DNA from: Octopus bimaculoides
Lineage: Eukaryota
Reading direction: 5' to 3'
Assembly: GCF_001194135.2 (NCBI RefSeq)
Contig: NC_068984.1
Span: forward strand, 38,272,825-38,336,824
DNA: 64,000 nucleotides
The notes beneath the pieces were generated by a model that was not told the DNA's origin, made no database searches, and saw only the letters and a list, made by a program, of their open reading frames with translations. A program made the position numbers and the translations under genes. Positions 22,181-36,109 of the stretch are shown here, one piece after another (within the stretch, counting starts at the first letter, position 1; each line of letters starts with the position of its first letter).

Positions 22181-22899
22181 CATCTTTTACATTGATATAT
22201 CTATGATAATCTGAACGACTGCAAGGAAAACCTGGACAGGAAGAGAGAAAATATCTATGAGTGAAAAATGAGTTGAGTGACCCTGATTGTTGGTGACATG
22301 AGACAATCCAACTCTGGGTGGGGAGAGATCACTGTAGACTTCCCTGGTTTTTTTTACATTTACTTTTCTTATGTTGTTATGAGTTGGATGGGACTTCTTG
22401 AGGCAGTATTCTAGGGCTGAATACTTTTCCCAAGGTTTACACATACTTATTTTTCACTTAAGGTACTTTATTCTATATCTTTGCATGTTGAACCACCAAG
22501 CTACTGGAGTTTTTGTTAATATGGGACTTAAACAACATTATCACTGCTGAAACTGTGTCAATGGGAAGATATAGAGTTATACAAATGATAGGTTTTCATA
22601 GTATTTCATCGACCAGATTTCATTCACAAAACATTGGTCAACCAAGGCTAAATTAGAAGACACTGAAGGTGCTACATGGTGGCATTGAATTTGAAACTAC
22701 ATAGTTGCAATGCAAATTTCTTAGCCATGTGGCCATGCCTATGCCTATAGTAATGGTAGAAAAAGCAGAATGAAGAAACATGTCTATGGACCAGAGATTG
22801 GAGTGTATTGGGGAATGACTTCAAGTCAATCAATAAGGTAATATTTTTGGTGAGGATGCAGTTTAGAATGTTTTTGTTTTTGTCTTGCATATTACTTGG

Positions 22900-23295
22900 T
22901 GACCTCACCGGTGTTGGTGCCATGTTGGTTCACTCTGTAAAGTCATCCATCTGTAGAAACCATGTCAAAGTAGACAGAAGGGCTTGTCTCCTGTCAAACT
23001 GTCCAACTGTCCAACTTGTGCCAGCATGGAAAATGGATGTTAAATGATGATGATGTATGTGTGAGTGTGTTTGTATCTCCTTGTCTTGTCATTGCATGGT
23101 AGTTGTAAAATGATTGTCACTGTCATACAGGCAGTATTGTCCAATTCCAAAATATTGCAAGAACATGTCTAGCCATGAGAAATCTTACTTGGAAACAGGA
23201 TGGGTGACAGGAAGGTTATCTGGGCACAGAAAAATCTACCTCAATAAACCCCATCCATGCAAGCATAGAAAAGTGGACATTAAGATGATTATATA
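22900..23295 (+). mobile_element. Two tandem SINE/RTE-tail fragments
   Basis: gtgccagcatggaaaatggatgttaaatgatgatgat (~23020-23055) and ccatgcaagcatagaaaagtggacattaagatgatt (~23255-23291). Confidence 0.7.
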
Positions 23296-24149
23296 TATAT
23301 ATATGTACTAATGAGTGCTCTTGTTTCACTGGATATATGGTTTGTATATGTTCAGTTTGTTGTGGTGTGGATTACACTGTTTCAAATTATTTGAGGAAGT
23401 ATAGGAAGGCCCACTTGAGATTGGCATATTTCACGAGAAATTTTATGTATTTTATATCTTATCTTTGGAAAAGAAAGTGCAGATGAGAAGATTCCAAAAT
23501 AAGGACAGTGTGCTCTCACTACAACCAGAGTGCTGACCAAACTGAGCATATATTTCACTGATACTCAATAGTTTGTGTTTGTGGGCTTAAACTTATAGCT
23601 AGGAAAAGCTGTAGTGTATTTGGGAGTATAACTATGATTAATACAATCAATGTAGTTCAACAGAAACTTAACAAACCAGGAGGCAGTTGCTATTCAGTAT
23701 CTATGGTGAACTATTTGAACAGACTAAGTTCACTGTGATAGCCAGTAAAGGAATATCAACATAATACTGCAATCTGTTCAACATACCAGCCAAATATCCC
23801 TCAGCAAACCTTCTAATGCCATTAAAATAAGGTTCTGAATTAAATCCCAAATTCTCAAATGAAGTGATTTATCTTATAGATATGACTGAAATTATGATTA
23901 ATTTTCTTGAACAAGAATTTGTGTGTGTGTTTATGTTTTACATTGCATTTTGTGAGCAATATCATTAGTTGTGGGTTTTCAACAGGTTGGTCACTGGTAT
24001 ATTGCGTTTATGACAGCGACAGTGACAAGGAAGTGTCTATGGAATGCAAACAGAGCAAATACCAGGAAATATCTTTACTTGAAAGCACTTTGATATTGGT
24101 TTTCTTGCCAATGTTTATATTTCCCACTGAATACATATGATGAGTTTCC

Positions 24150-24305
24150 TCATGGATTCCATTTAGCAAGTTCCACTCAGAACACATTTGGTCAACCTAA
24201 GGTTATGGTAAAAGACATTTGCTCAAGGTACTGCATGCTGAGATTGAACTCTCAAGCTTGTGGCTATAATGATGATTTCTTACCTACACAATCATATATG
24301 CACTG
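24150..24305 (-). mobile_element. SINE family A head fragment
   Basis: aagacatttgctcaaggtactgcatgctgagattgaactc is the reverse complement of a degenerate B box plus CCTTGRGCAA motif. Confidence 0.6.
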
Positions 24306-25861
24306 TAGTAAACATGTTTACTTATTCTTTAAAGCTTCTATTTAAAAGAAAGCAACTGCTTTCTTTTTAACAACAGAAGCCATTAAGTATGTATGTACAT
24401 ATGAAATTCTAGTTTGAGTGATTTATTTTTTTCTTTCTATGCACCTTCAAGTTAGCAGAGTAAGAATGTAAGCTATCTCTTAAAATACCCAGTTTAGTGT
24501 ATACAGATATTTTTGAAATCAAATCACTTTGAAGCTTACTAATTTAAACTATTATTAATAAGCACTTCTCTATGATCCCTTGCCTTGTCATTAATCTTTT
24601 GCTCTTTAATGTCAACTGTCAATTAATATAATTTACATTCCACATGCCACATAACTAACAAAATTAGACAAGAATACTATACTGTATTTCACAGCATTTT
24701 CTTTTGACTCTGCTGCCCTACCTCAGACAGATATCTAGAGATATTCTGTTCTTATTACTTATTTATTATGGATTGTTATTTGTATATATGTTTAATTGTT
24801 GGTGTAGATCCCGAGTGCAGTTAGATAAGGTCCTGGTTTTTAACAATAAATCAATTATCAAAAGTGATTTGCTTCTGATAGTGTTGATTGCATTGGCCAA
24901 ATGCAATTGCTCATAACTTGTCAGCAGTTGCTCTGTTTTTATCCATAATATTTAACTCTTCCTTGCCCTGTTTACCTACTTGGAAAATGATATTAAGAGT
25001 AGGCACTGTAAGCAATGGAAGCCTGGTATAATTAAAGAGTAGTTTGTTATTGTGCAGTGAATTCAAGTCCTACAATGGACCTGGGCCTTTATAAATCTGC
25101 TCACACAACCACTTTGTTTCAACCTGTTCTATCACATTTATAGCTGTCACTCACAAGGGAGTTGGTGGCAAGGGCCTTGCTTTTGCTAATTGTTTTACAT
25201 ACCTATGTAGTAGCAAACACGCATAAATTTTCTCTTGGTGCTTCCACCTTTAGATGCAGTGGAATGCTCATTTTCAGCTGATTAAACTGGTTCAATGTGG
25301 AATGAAGCTCAATGACACATCACCCAATTCAGGAATTATATAACCTTGTAAATGTGAATCCACTTAACACTATTGTTAGTAAATCAAGGAAGAAATAAAG
25401 GATATTTCGATGTGAAGTACATGTAATTGGGCTATTTGTTGATATTTTCATGAAAATTCTATTAACGGAATTACCTAAAATGATGTCAATAGGTATATAA
25501 TGGTGTCAACATATATAGATTTCATTTGATTAAACATCAGACATTTTTTTAGGAAATCATTTCTGGGAAACCATTTAAATTTGGCTGACTTTAACATCAG
25601 TATTACTGGCACTTGTTTTTTATTTTGACCCAAACAAAGCAGAACATGCACGCGTGCGCGCACACACACACATGCCATATGCAGCACTTTAAGCAGCTAC
25701 ATAGTGAGTCTCTCATTCACTCTTATAACAGCTTGTGGTTTGTATATGGCAAGGGCCATGGATGGATTACTTGCACTATGAGCAGCTGGAATGCTTCACA
25801 AACTCTAATTTATAAAATCTTTTTGGCAGCAGTTCTTTAAAAGCGTTCTGGTGTTACTGAT

Positions 25862-25910
25862 GTTCCAAAGCATGAAATTTCAAACTCATTGAAATTTCAT
25901 GCTTTGGAAC
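25862..25910. repeat. Perfect 22-bp inverted repeat with 5-nt spacer
   Basis: gttccaaagcatgaaatttcaa-actca-ttgaaatttcatgctttggaac. Confidence 0.95.
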
Positions 25911-26129
25911 CTGCAGAATCATGATTAAATGTTTTTCAAAAAAACTGAAGGGGTTCATTGGCTTGACTCAAATTTTGTAGAAATTGAGCTGGTATTGTAA
26001 CCAAATATGTACCACAATAAATTGTTTTTCTCTCTAGATGCCTGTTTTTTTATTTAGGAAAAGAAAAGAAAAGAAAAAGGAACATTTATCTAAACTAACA
26101 GGTGCAGGGATGGCATAAGTGCAGGGATG

Positions 26130-26512
26130 GTATAGGTGCAGGCATAAATGTGTAGTAAGAAGTTTACTTCTCAGCCGGCACTTTGGTCAAGTATCTTCTA
26201 CTATAGCTCTAGGTTGACCAAAGCCATGTGAGTGGATTTGGTTGATGGAAACTGAAAGAAGCCCATTGTATGTGTGTGTGTGTACTCTGTCTTCACATCA
26301 TGTGATGATTGTAAATGAGCATCACCATCATACAAGTCGTGTTGTTTTGTTTCTAATCTCCCATGAAAATAGGCCCAGCTACAGGGAAATATTACTTTAC
26401 TTGGAAACAGATAAGGGTTGGGGATAGAAAGGGAATCTGACTAGAAAATCTGCCTTCACAAATTCTGGCTGATCCATGCAAGCATGGAAAGTAGATGTTA
26501 AGTGATGATAAT
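26130..26512 (+). mobile_element. SINE family A with RTE-type tail
   Basis: ggtgcaggcataaatgtgtagtaagaag … gaaactgaaagaagccc … ccatgcaagcatggaaagtagatgttaagtgatgat. Confidence 0.75.
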
Positions 26513-27571
26513 ACGTCTGCCTTTGTTAGTAACACCTAGATCCTGACTTACTTCCATGCAACATAATTAAAATGGTTAGGTACATCAAGTATTGTATTAT
26601 CTTATAGACTGATATGTAAATAAAAGCATAGTTAAGTTTTGAACCTTAAATCCTAAAGTTATGTTCAGTTATGTGCCAAATGATAAATTATAGATGACTA
26701 ATACCATTGTTATCAGCAAATAGTGAAAACAATTTTGGATGCATTTTGCCTTTATTTTTTATTTTGCATTTTTTAGAAATCTAATCAGCAAATCATATCC
26801 TTTCCATAACTTACTGAAGTATTTAGTGAGTTTAATTATTAAGTAAATCTCATAAATTGTAAGAGAATACTTAAAAATTAAATTTGAATGGGATGCCATC
26901 TACGATATAAGTAGTTGTCATTGAAATCATATTCAATGATGAAAACTTGAAAAGGCCAGTGTATATTATTTAGCTATGTGGTAAATTAGAAATATGAGTA
27001 TATGATTTGATTTATATTATTTTCATTTGGAAGTATAAAAGCTAATTCTAAAGGTGTTTTACTCTATTTTTAGAATATTGATTAGTGAGGTGAGCATAAC
27101 TTTTTAGTAAATATATGATCTGAAGTAATATATTTGTAGGGTATAGAGTAAAAGATAACTTACAAATTTGAATAAATTTGGGTCTTTTTGAAGACATTTT
27201 ATTTTTTCATACAATATATTTACAATGTTTCTGCTACTACCATAGTCTCGCCTTTCCTAAATATAACTCCCACTTACTAGCCATCTCTTCTATTTCCTAC
27301 TTTATTTTTCACCAGCTGTGCTATGACCCTCTTATTATAATTGAAGCTACAGATGTTAAGTCTAGACTAGTAATTTCCAAACATTTTCAGTCCACTGCTT
27401 CCATGGTTTTTCACCTACTCTCTTGATGGCCTCTACCCGTAGTGTCATGCAGAAGAATAGGTCATGCAACTCAGCAAAATAGAATGACAGAACAAGTTTT
27501 AGAGGGGTAACAATAAAACCTACAACTCTTTAAAGTAATCCCATCTTCTATGTAGGAGCAACAAACATAAA

Positions 27572-27574
<3 letters not shown>

Positions 27575-27608
<34 letters not shown>
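27575..27608. repeat. (CA)n microsatellite
   Basis: Perfect CA run. Confidence 0.95.
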
Positions 27609-27610
<2 letters not shown>

Positions 27611-28336
27611 TGGGAACCAGTGATTTGGAATGTGTAAGTAAATGGCTTTATTGTGATGATTGTGATAATGATGACAAAACATCCATCGCTTAATGTTCCT
27701 ATGACCATTCATAGCTTATTTTATTTTCTCTCAGCTCGATGTATCTGTATTTTGATCTTTCATCATGAATAGATTTGTTGCCACTAGCTTTCTGTTATGG
27801 GAGGAATCTAGAACAAGTAATTCCCATGTTGCACGAAATTTCATATCTTTCTTGCATTTAACATAAACATTGGATGTAAATGAATACTTTATTTTTATAT
27901 ACTGACTACCTCCCAATATATGCACACATACTCATATACACTCATACACAGAGGTTCTTATACATATACATAGAGATATGGGAGAAAAGATTATAAAATG
28001 AATGTTGATATAAAATCAAAATTGTTTAAGATTTGTTTTTAATTGCAAATCTGTAACATTTTTGGTAGTTCTTAATACTGAAACTGGTTTAGTTTCTATC
28101 TAGATTTCTTCTTATATGAAAGGAATTATTTGTAAATTCTAGAAGAATCTATGAGCTCTGAACAACACTTTTCACATATGATCTTATATATATATATATG
28201 TATATTCTTGGTTGAATTTTAATTTTTTTACTGAAATGGAGAACTGTCTATAACCATTTATTGGCCCTATGAGATTAAGGTATTGAAATAACTGCAAAAT
28301 TAGTGCAGCTCATGTTTGCTTTTCAATTATTGCCAG

Positions 28337-28431
28337 CTTGTATGGGAGTGGAGGAATTCTAGTGTGTTTGTATGACTTCAGGAGGAGAATATACGTTGTG
28401 ACTGAGAAGCTAACAGACACCATGAGACACA
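28337..28431 (+). CDS. Candidate exon (xLYGSGGILVCLYDFRRRIYVVTEKLTDTMRH)
   Basis: Acceptor tttgcttttcaattattgccag, donor ACA|gtgaga, single open frame. Weak resemblance to kinase subdomain IV-V (…RVFVVMEKL). Confidence 0.25.
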
Positions 28432-30859
28432 GTGAGAGTAATGGGTAGATTTTAGGTAAAGGCATTGAAATAATATATGTATGTATATGTAAAATCATCC
28501 ATTGATTTTGGTATATGAGCATCCAACTGTTAGATGAACTTGATAACCTACTCATTGAATTAACATGCAAAGTGACTGAGTATTTCACAAATGTGATTCA
28601 AGGAGAATCAGCGTGACACATGTAATAAAGCTGGACTTTTGAATTACTAGTACATTCCATCTGATGGGCTTTTATACAGTTTCCTCTATACTCAGCTCCA
28701 TTCACAAGGCTCAGGTTGATATGAAGTTATGGTAAAAACTCTTGCCCCAGATGCCATGCACACACACACATACAAAGTGCAGGTGTATTGAACGGCTATG
28801 AAAGGCATTTTCATAGCTTTTCTAACATGCATTTTATTTCTTCAAAGAGGGGCACTGTCTGAAGCATCAAAACTTACCTCTCTTTAAGGAACAAGGTATA
28901 GAAACTAATCTTAATTGATAAATTTTGATAATTGTTTTCTTTACTTTTGTCAAGGCTAATCATCGCTAGCTTCCTCAGACTTCGCCTTTTCTCCCTTATA
29001 AATTAAAATACCATGGCATATCTAGCTTCATACTCTTACGCACACACAAACACATGCATGCATGCTCTCCCTCTCTCTCTTTCTGTCTCTCTCTCTTACA
29101 CACAATGAATACATGTGCAATTAAACACATAAAATATTGTCAGGCTGCCTTAAATATCCATAACAATGGAACTTCTTCACCTGCACTCATCAAATGGTGG
29201 CCTTTAATACCGTCCTGCATTTTCAGCTCACTTGCACTTAGCCTTTCATGTAACTTAATACTCATCTCATTTCTTTTCAACCTCTTAGCTCTTTTGTACC
29301 CAAAGTCCATATCTCACTATCATCTAGTGTTAAACATCTTATACATCACACAATCTTTCTAACACAAAAATGTTTTTCATGGAGAACCAGAGCAAGGTTG
29401 CTATTTTGCTCCTGGTCAGCCTTATTGAGCAGACTGTAACCATGTAGGTTGTCAGTCAAAAAACTAGATGCAATCAACAGATGCGTTGCTTCAAACATAC
29501 TATTTTGAAGATCGTGGGGTGCAAGTAGTAGTTCAGATGTTTTTTCCCCCCTCCTTTCTAACATCCAGTCTTGTTTAACTCTCATTACCAAGTAACCTCT
29601 AGACAGTTTGACTCATGGCCACATGTGTCCAAAATTTCATAATTCAAAGTATTCTTAAGGAAGATTTGATTGCTATTTCCTGGAGGTTTTGCTATTTCTG
29701 TCTTGATGCTGTCTTGGCTCATGGTGATCATAGCAGAAGTAGGCAACAAGGATTTGGTTGTTGCATTACAGTTGTTGCTCTTCTATACATATCATTAGCA
29801 GCGTTCAATCTAGCATGATATTTAGAACTAATGTGGTTATAGCTGCTACTGCTGTGGTTGTTTTGTTTGAGTGTTTGTTTATGTTAACCTGGATTGAGTG
29901 GGAGGGATGATGTAGTAGTGTTATGGATATTTAGTGAGCAGCAATCGTACATGTTGTAACAGGGATTGTGTGGGAACTTGGTGTTGTTTAACCTTCCAGA
30001 CTGCCCTGTCCAAGCTAATCCATGATTAAGAGTGTTCCAACTGTCACTGTGGAGTCTTTTTGTGTCTAGATATATTGCATTTAGGACTGTTATCCAATAT
30101 GCCTTGAAGTGAATACTGGATAGAAGATACTCCATCTACTAAACACGGTGTTATCTTTGTTTCTGATATGATTATGTTACTCTGGAAATCACTCTTCTGT
30201 CAGGTCTGTGAAATATTTAAAAACAGATATTTTATTGTATGCTATAAACCAATTGGGTTAGAATCTTTCAGTGTGTGTGTGTGTGTGTGTGTAAATAAAT
30301 AAAAAGATGTTTATAAACAAACAGATGTTATTTAGATAATTCAAATTATTCATGCCTGTAATGCCTAAACAGAAAGAAAAATACTAAAAGACTTGTTTGT
30401 TTGCATGACATATCTCCGTGGGCATGGGAAGACATCAATCTCATAGCATCAGTTTTATGCAGTTATTGTTGGGTCACTGTTATGTTTACTGGCAGCTCTC
30501 ATATGTAAACATAAACCTATGAAGAACTCTATATTTCTCTACTGAAATCTTGTATAAAGCATCTTTAGTCTTTGAGGGCATATGAAGGCCTCCAGTTCAA
30601 ATTATATATATAATATGATATATTTTACTGTTCAATTTATACACACCCCCAACCTGTCCAACAGTTAGCAAGTACAACACCGTTTATGTTTTGAAAATAA
30701 GTTACCCAATCAAATTCAAATGCTAAATTAGTTTATATCAAATCATATATTATGCGTACCATCACAATTTTATTCCTGTCTTGGTTACAACTAACCAATG
30801 AATGGGAATGTGAAACTCTGAGTCACAGTTTTTTTGTTATGTTTTTGTAGCTTTAATAA

Positions 30860-30864
30860 AAAAA

Positions 30865-30921
<57 letters not shown>

Positions 30922-31078
30922 TTACCATCATCGTTTAATGTCTGTCTTCAATGAAGTGAAATAGCAAACTGAAACACACTGCATATGTATAAATGTGTGT
31001 GTGTAAGGTAGTTGGCCATATATTTAAGAGAGTGAAAGCAAGAGTCTCTGTATCCGGATGTGTTAATCTGCAAAGAGA

Positions 31079-31112
<34 letters not shown>
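30860..31112. repeat. (TG)n(TA)n and (TG)n microsatellites
   Basis: Compound TG/TA tract at ~30867-30918 and TG tract at 31081-31112. Confidence 0.9.
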
Positions 31113-31113
<1 letters not shown>

Positions 31114-31290
31114 GCTGTTTAACCTAAAATCATCTCTGATTTAGCAGATTTATGATCAAAGGTGTTCTAGTTCTGACTATCAGTGACATTTCGTAACGTG
31201 TCTTTTACCTTCACTTAAGATAGTAGGATATGGCCATGGTGATTTTGCTATTTCTGGCAGGTTGAGAGACCATATAGAAGCTATCTTTGT
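31113..31290. mobile_element. Interspersed repeat family D (SINE-like)
   Basis: Motifs gacYtatgatcaaagg and gattttgctatttct recur at ~31640-31820, 34660-34830, 42600-42820, 56030-56180 and, inverted, at 50530-50732 and 57810-57940. Confidence 0.6.
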
Positions 31291-34029
31291 GTGATATGCA
31301 GTTATTTTGCTCAATATGGAAAGTATTTAGGATTCAGCATACATCCACATGGAAAGTGGGGTATAAAGTCAGTCAAAAGGCAGCAATTAATCTTAAAGGG
31401 AACAGTTTGACAGGTAAATTGTGTTTGTTAAAAAGACAGTCATCCCGTGAAAGTAGTTATCAGTTTCCATGATGTTTGTCAGTTTTCACTAGTGTTGGTG
31501 GCATCTTGGCTAGAGTGCTGTGAGATTAATTTGTATCTTTGTTATAAACTGTTATCCATTTGGGTAAAGTACTGAACTTATTTGGAGGTGTTAGGACAGT
31601 TGAATAGGGGTGAAAGAGAGAAGGGTATTTGAGTTGTAGCTATTGTTGTTATTTAGCCTATGATCAACACTGATCAAGCAGACCTCTGATCAAAGGCATT
31701 CACCAACCATAACTATCCTGTCCCCACCACCCTTTTATTGTTTCAAGCTGTGTATTTCAGACTTGGTATGATTTGAGAGAGACCTATGTGCTGTTTCTGA
31801 GGGACTGAGTTGAAGCTCCATTGTTGATTTGATCTAGTAGTTACTGGAAACCTGTTGCTTTAGTGCTTTATATATAGCACCACATGTAAATTCTCTTCAA
31901 TAACAGTGACCTATGTATATGTTTTTCCTGAAATTGCTTGGTTAATCTCTCTCTCTCTTTATACATACATATGCATATATGTACATAATCATATACATAA
32001 GAATACATGCACACCAGTGATATGGGCTGTATATGGAAATTTGAGCATGTTTCTTTCAGTTTGCTGCTTATCCTATTTTCATATTTCTGTTAGTCTGAGT
32101 AAAGATTACAGCTGAAGTGAGTAACATGATTCGAATTGATGTGTCATGGTCTTAATTTCTTGGCATTTATCAGAAACAGAAGCATAAATCCAGCTTAGAA
32201 TCTGGATCAAGGAAGGGAATCAATTCAGTAATATTGTGAACTTTCAGTTGCCTAGAGGAGAAAAAAATCCAAATAAGAAATTTAGTTAGGAATGAGATAA
32301 ATCTTGAAGTAACTGAAAGGAGGTGATTGGCAATAAAGCCATCTGTCATCCAAGGCACCACTTTCCTGCCGTAAACTGCAGGCGTAACTCTTTATCTCTA
32401 AAGCAGGGCCATTCTGGAATTTTATTTCTATTTTTGTATTCATATCAACTCTTACCTACCAACTCTCTGGACTACACTACTGTTATCTCATCCAACACAA
32501 ACAAACACACACACACACACACACCTCTATATATAAAAAAAGCTTTGTGAGCAATATATATATATATATATATATATATTGTTATTTCTAATTTGTTTAA
32601 TGATTTAAAAAAAGGATATTTAATTTTACAGACTCACACGAAGCCTTGATCATATTTCTACTTTTAATGTATTTAGCCAGAAAATAGATATGAACATTAC
32701 TTTATAGTAATAGAATGCTTATCATTAGAATTAGCTTTTATACACACAGCTTGTTCCACAAGTGTCTTAAGTTGCAAACATCATTACATCCAAATAGTAA
32801 GTTCTGTGTGTTATTGTGGTAGTGTTTGGAAGTGTTGCTGATATGCTTAGGTATTTGCGAGTGACCAGTCTTATGTATTTATCAGAATTGGAGAGATTCT
32901 TGTAGATTGATGCATCATGATAACAGCTGATTAGTGCACCAGTTAACACTACCTCAGTACACTAGCAAATTAATTAGCCTTTTCTGTTCTTTGAAAACTA
33001 ATCAGCCATTTCAACATAGGTGTGATTTCTACTTATAAGCAAATATTTATTGTTTTCATGCTAGCCATGAATAAAGACTAAATAAAATCAAATAGGAAAA
33101 ATTCATTTCCTTTTGTTTTCTTTGTAATTATCTGTTCTGTTTCAACAATTATAGCTACCCTCATTTTCTTCCTATGCAATCACATTTAATTACTTATAAC
33201 AGTGACTAGTATGGTATAGTGATTTGACTTAAGTGTGGAAAAGGTAGTTGTAGAGAACTGTGCATAGGAGTTGAGTAAAAAATCTTGATATCAAGCTTTT
33301 CGTCCAACTAGAAAAAAAAAAACTGAAGAGGTAAAAAGGCAGATTTTATAGTTTTTGGTAGCAAAGAGGCTTCTTTATATGTATAAAAGGTAAATTATAT
33401 GAAGCATATATATAATTTACTCTTATACATCAGAATACATAAGAAGAATGATACTATATGGTAGTGAAATACAGACAGTAAAATGATCCATGGCAATTGG
33501 AAAAAGAATGGTTTATTGGTTGGGAATTATTAATTGAACATAATTGGAGAGTGGCCAAATAAGGTTTTATACCCCCCCCCCACACAGACACACACACATG
33601 CACAAACACACACACTTTTCTTTTCTTTTGACAAAATAATCAACTTTCTAAAACTGACTCAATGATGAATTTAATCAAACTCAAATTGCCAGATACTAAA
33701 AAATAAACAATCATATTTCATTGTTAAGCTTTGCAATTATGATGTTTTGGCAGATTATCATTCTAATTTCAAATCTATATCTAATATGAAGTTAGTCCCA
33801 TAAAGTCAATAATTCAGTTGCCTGAAATACACTAGTATAAAGGTCAAAATAGAAATCCTATCTTTTGTGTAGATCATTTTTGTCTGGTTTCTGCACATGA
33901 AGGCGATGCTTCAACATGGTCTTTGCTGTGATGGCTAGAACAAACTAAATAACTTGACTGTAATTGAATGGGACCATCCAATAACAACACTTTAAAATAG
34001 TTCATTGCTAGTAATTACTTTATCAACAC

Positions 34030-34262
34030 CAGAAATATTGGTTTCAAATGTTGGCACAAGGCCAGCAATTTCAGAGGAAGAGATAAGTTGACTTCTTCAG
34101 TTCCAGTGCTCATCTGGTACTTATTTTATCAACCCTGAAAGGATGAAAAGCAAATTCAACCTCGGTGGAATTTGATCTCAGAACGTAAAGACAAACGAAA
34201 TGCTGCTAGGTATTTTGCCCAGCATGCTAATGATGCTGCTAGCTTGCCATCTATCCAGAAAT
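34030..34262 (-). mobile_element. SINE family B
   Basis: ctggtacttattttatcaaccctgaaaggatgaaaagcaaattcaacctcggtggaatttgatctcagaacg is the reverse complement of the family B core. Confidence 0.85.
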
Positions 34263-35689
34263 ATTAACAACAAAGTTGATTCTAATGACTTCAACTTAGT
34301 AGGGTAATAACCTCATTACAGTATTAGCTAAACTTTAAGTCTTGCCTCTGTCACCTTTAGCTTTTGTCCTTCTGAAGTTGCCATTCTAGAGGTTTGATTC
34401 AATGAATTATATGCCTGTGACTTTGTCATAAGAATTTAACATTTCAAAATGATATAAACTTATAATTTTGTTGTTTTCAGTTAGCAATTGGATACAAGTG
34501 GTTAGCATTAGGGCAAGAATAATACTTGAGTTCTTTGTGCCAGTTTCACCAATGATGCTGTAAATTGTTGATTTTCTGAAGTAAAAGTTTTAGGAACCTA
34601 CAGGATTGCTTCTAGCTGTCTTCTGCAACATTTTTTGTTGTTGTTGCTCTGTCAGGTCAAGTCTGTGATCAAAGGTCGTTTAAGTCATGACAATTGCCTT
34701 TTCTATTATTTTTTTGTTTTTTTTCAGTGAGTCTCGGAATACATTATCCCAAGTGTTCATGCTCTTTCAAAATAATAATGTTTGATTTTTGAGGGAGATT
34801 TGAATATCATTTCTAGCAAGTTAAATAGTCTTTTTCAGACTATTTCATAATGTTATATCAAATATTATCACAATTTGGTATCCTAAATTTTAAAAATATT
34901 CATACCAGTGTAAGATCCAAGCAAATTTGCTTATTCACTGTAAACTAAGAAGCATTATTTATATGACTACACAGCATCATGGCAAAGGAATTAAATGAAC
35001 TCTAAGAAAGGTTTTTTATAAAATATGTAACTGCAGTCAGTTTGATGTCTCTCTTTGCTGCCAAGATTCCAGTTTGTAATCCCCAGTGTTTTGTCCTACA
35101 GTAACACTGTTCTAAATATGCAAATACACTTCCGTTTAAAAAATATTTTAATGTCTTATTTTATCAAATTGATCTGGAGAAGAGGGCAGTGCTCATGTAT
35201 GCCTTCACAGGATTAAATCTGTCCTCTCACTGAGATGGTAGATTCAACATAGTTAATGTTCCACTTGAGCAATTAGAAGCCAACATCTACTTAAAGAGAA
35301 TTTCAGAGGGCTATTACAATATCCTGGGATAGAATAAGTGGGTGGACATGGAAGAGAGAGAGAAAAAAAATGAGTGATTTTGCAGAGGTGACATGAAACC
35401 AGCTAGTTACAAGGAGTTGTAATAGTACATTATTATGTTATATATGTATGTGTGTAAAATATTTCTTATATTTTCTCTATTCTTATCTATAGGTGTTGCA
35501 AAACCTTGGAAAAGCTGCACGGACCACAGATCAAACATTTGATGAATATGTGAGCAATTTCAACAAGCAGCAGGTAAAATATTTGATAAATATTTGAATA
35601 ATGATGATGGGAAAGATGTGTGTGTAGAGAGAGAGAGAGAGAAAGCTGCACTCTTTGATAGGTGAGTAAAGTCTCCACACTCATTAAGA

Positions 35690-36090
35690 TGGCTGTATGG
35701 TTGAGAAGTTTGCTTCCTAGCCATATAGTTTCAGGTTCAGTCCCTCTGCATGACACCTTGGGCGAGTGTCTTCTATTGCAGCCTTGCATAAACTAAAGTC
35801 TTGTGAGTTGATTCACTTGATGGAAACTGAAAGAAGCTTGTTGCATATACGTGTGTGTGTGTCTCCTTGTCTTGACATCACATGATAGTTGTAAATAAAT
35901 GTCACTGCTATACAGGTGTGGTGTCATTCATTGCCAGTATTCTGCGAAAACCTGTCTGGGGTAACATTACTTTGCATGGAAACAGGTGTGGGTTGGTGAC
36001 AGGAAGGGCATCCAGCTGTAGAAAGACTGCATCAATGAATTCTACCTGACATATGCAAGCACGGAAAAGTGGATATTAAAATGATGATGG
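35690..36090 (+). mobile_element. SINE family A with RTE-type tail
   Basis: tggctgtatggttgagaag … ggttcagtccc … ccttgggcgagtgtcttct … caggaagggcatccagctgtagaaa … gatgatg. Confidence 0.85.
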
Positions 36091-36109
36091 GTGTGTAAGA
36101 GGTGTAGGT

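Noticed and set aside
24344-24367. Short palindromes (also 26918-26939, 36545-36584)
   Set aside because: Stems of 8-11 bp are expected by chance in 64 kb of AT-rich DNA.
29350-30150. Possible ancient LINE remnant (FGHM…RRG)
   Set aside because: The similarity is too fragmentary to classify.
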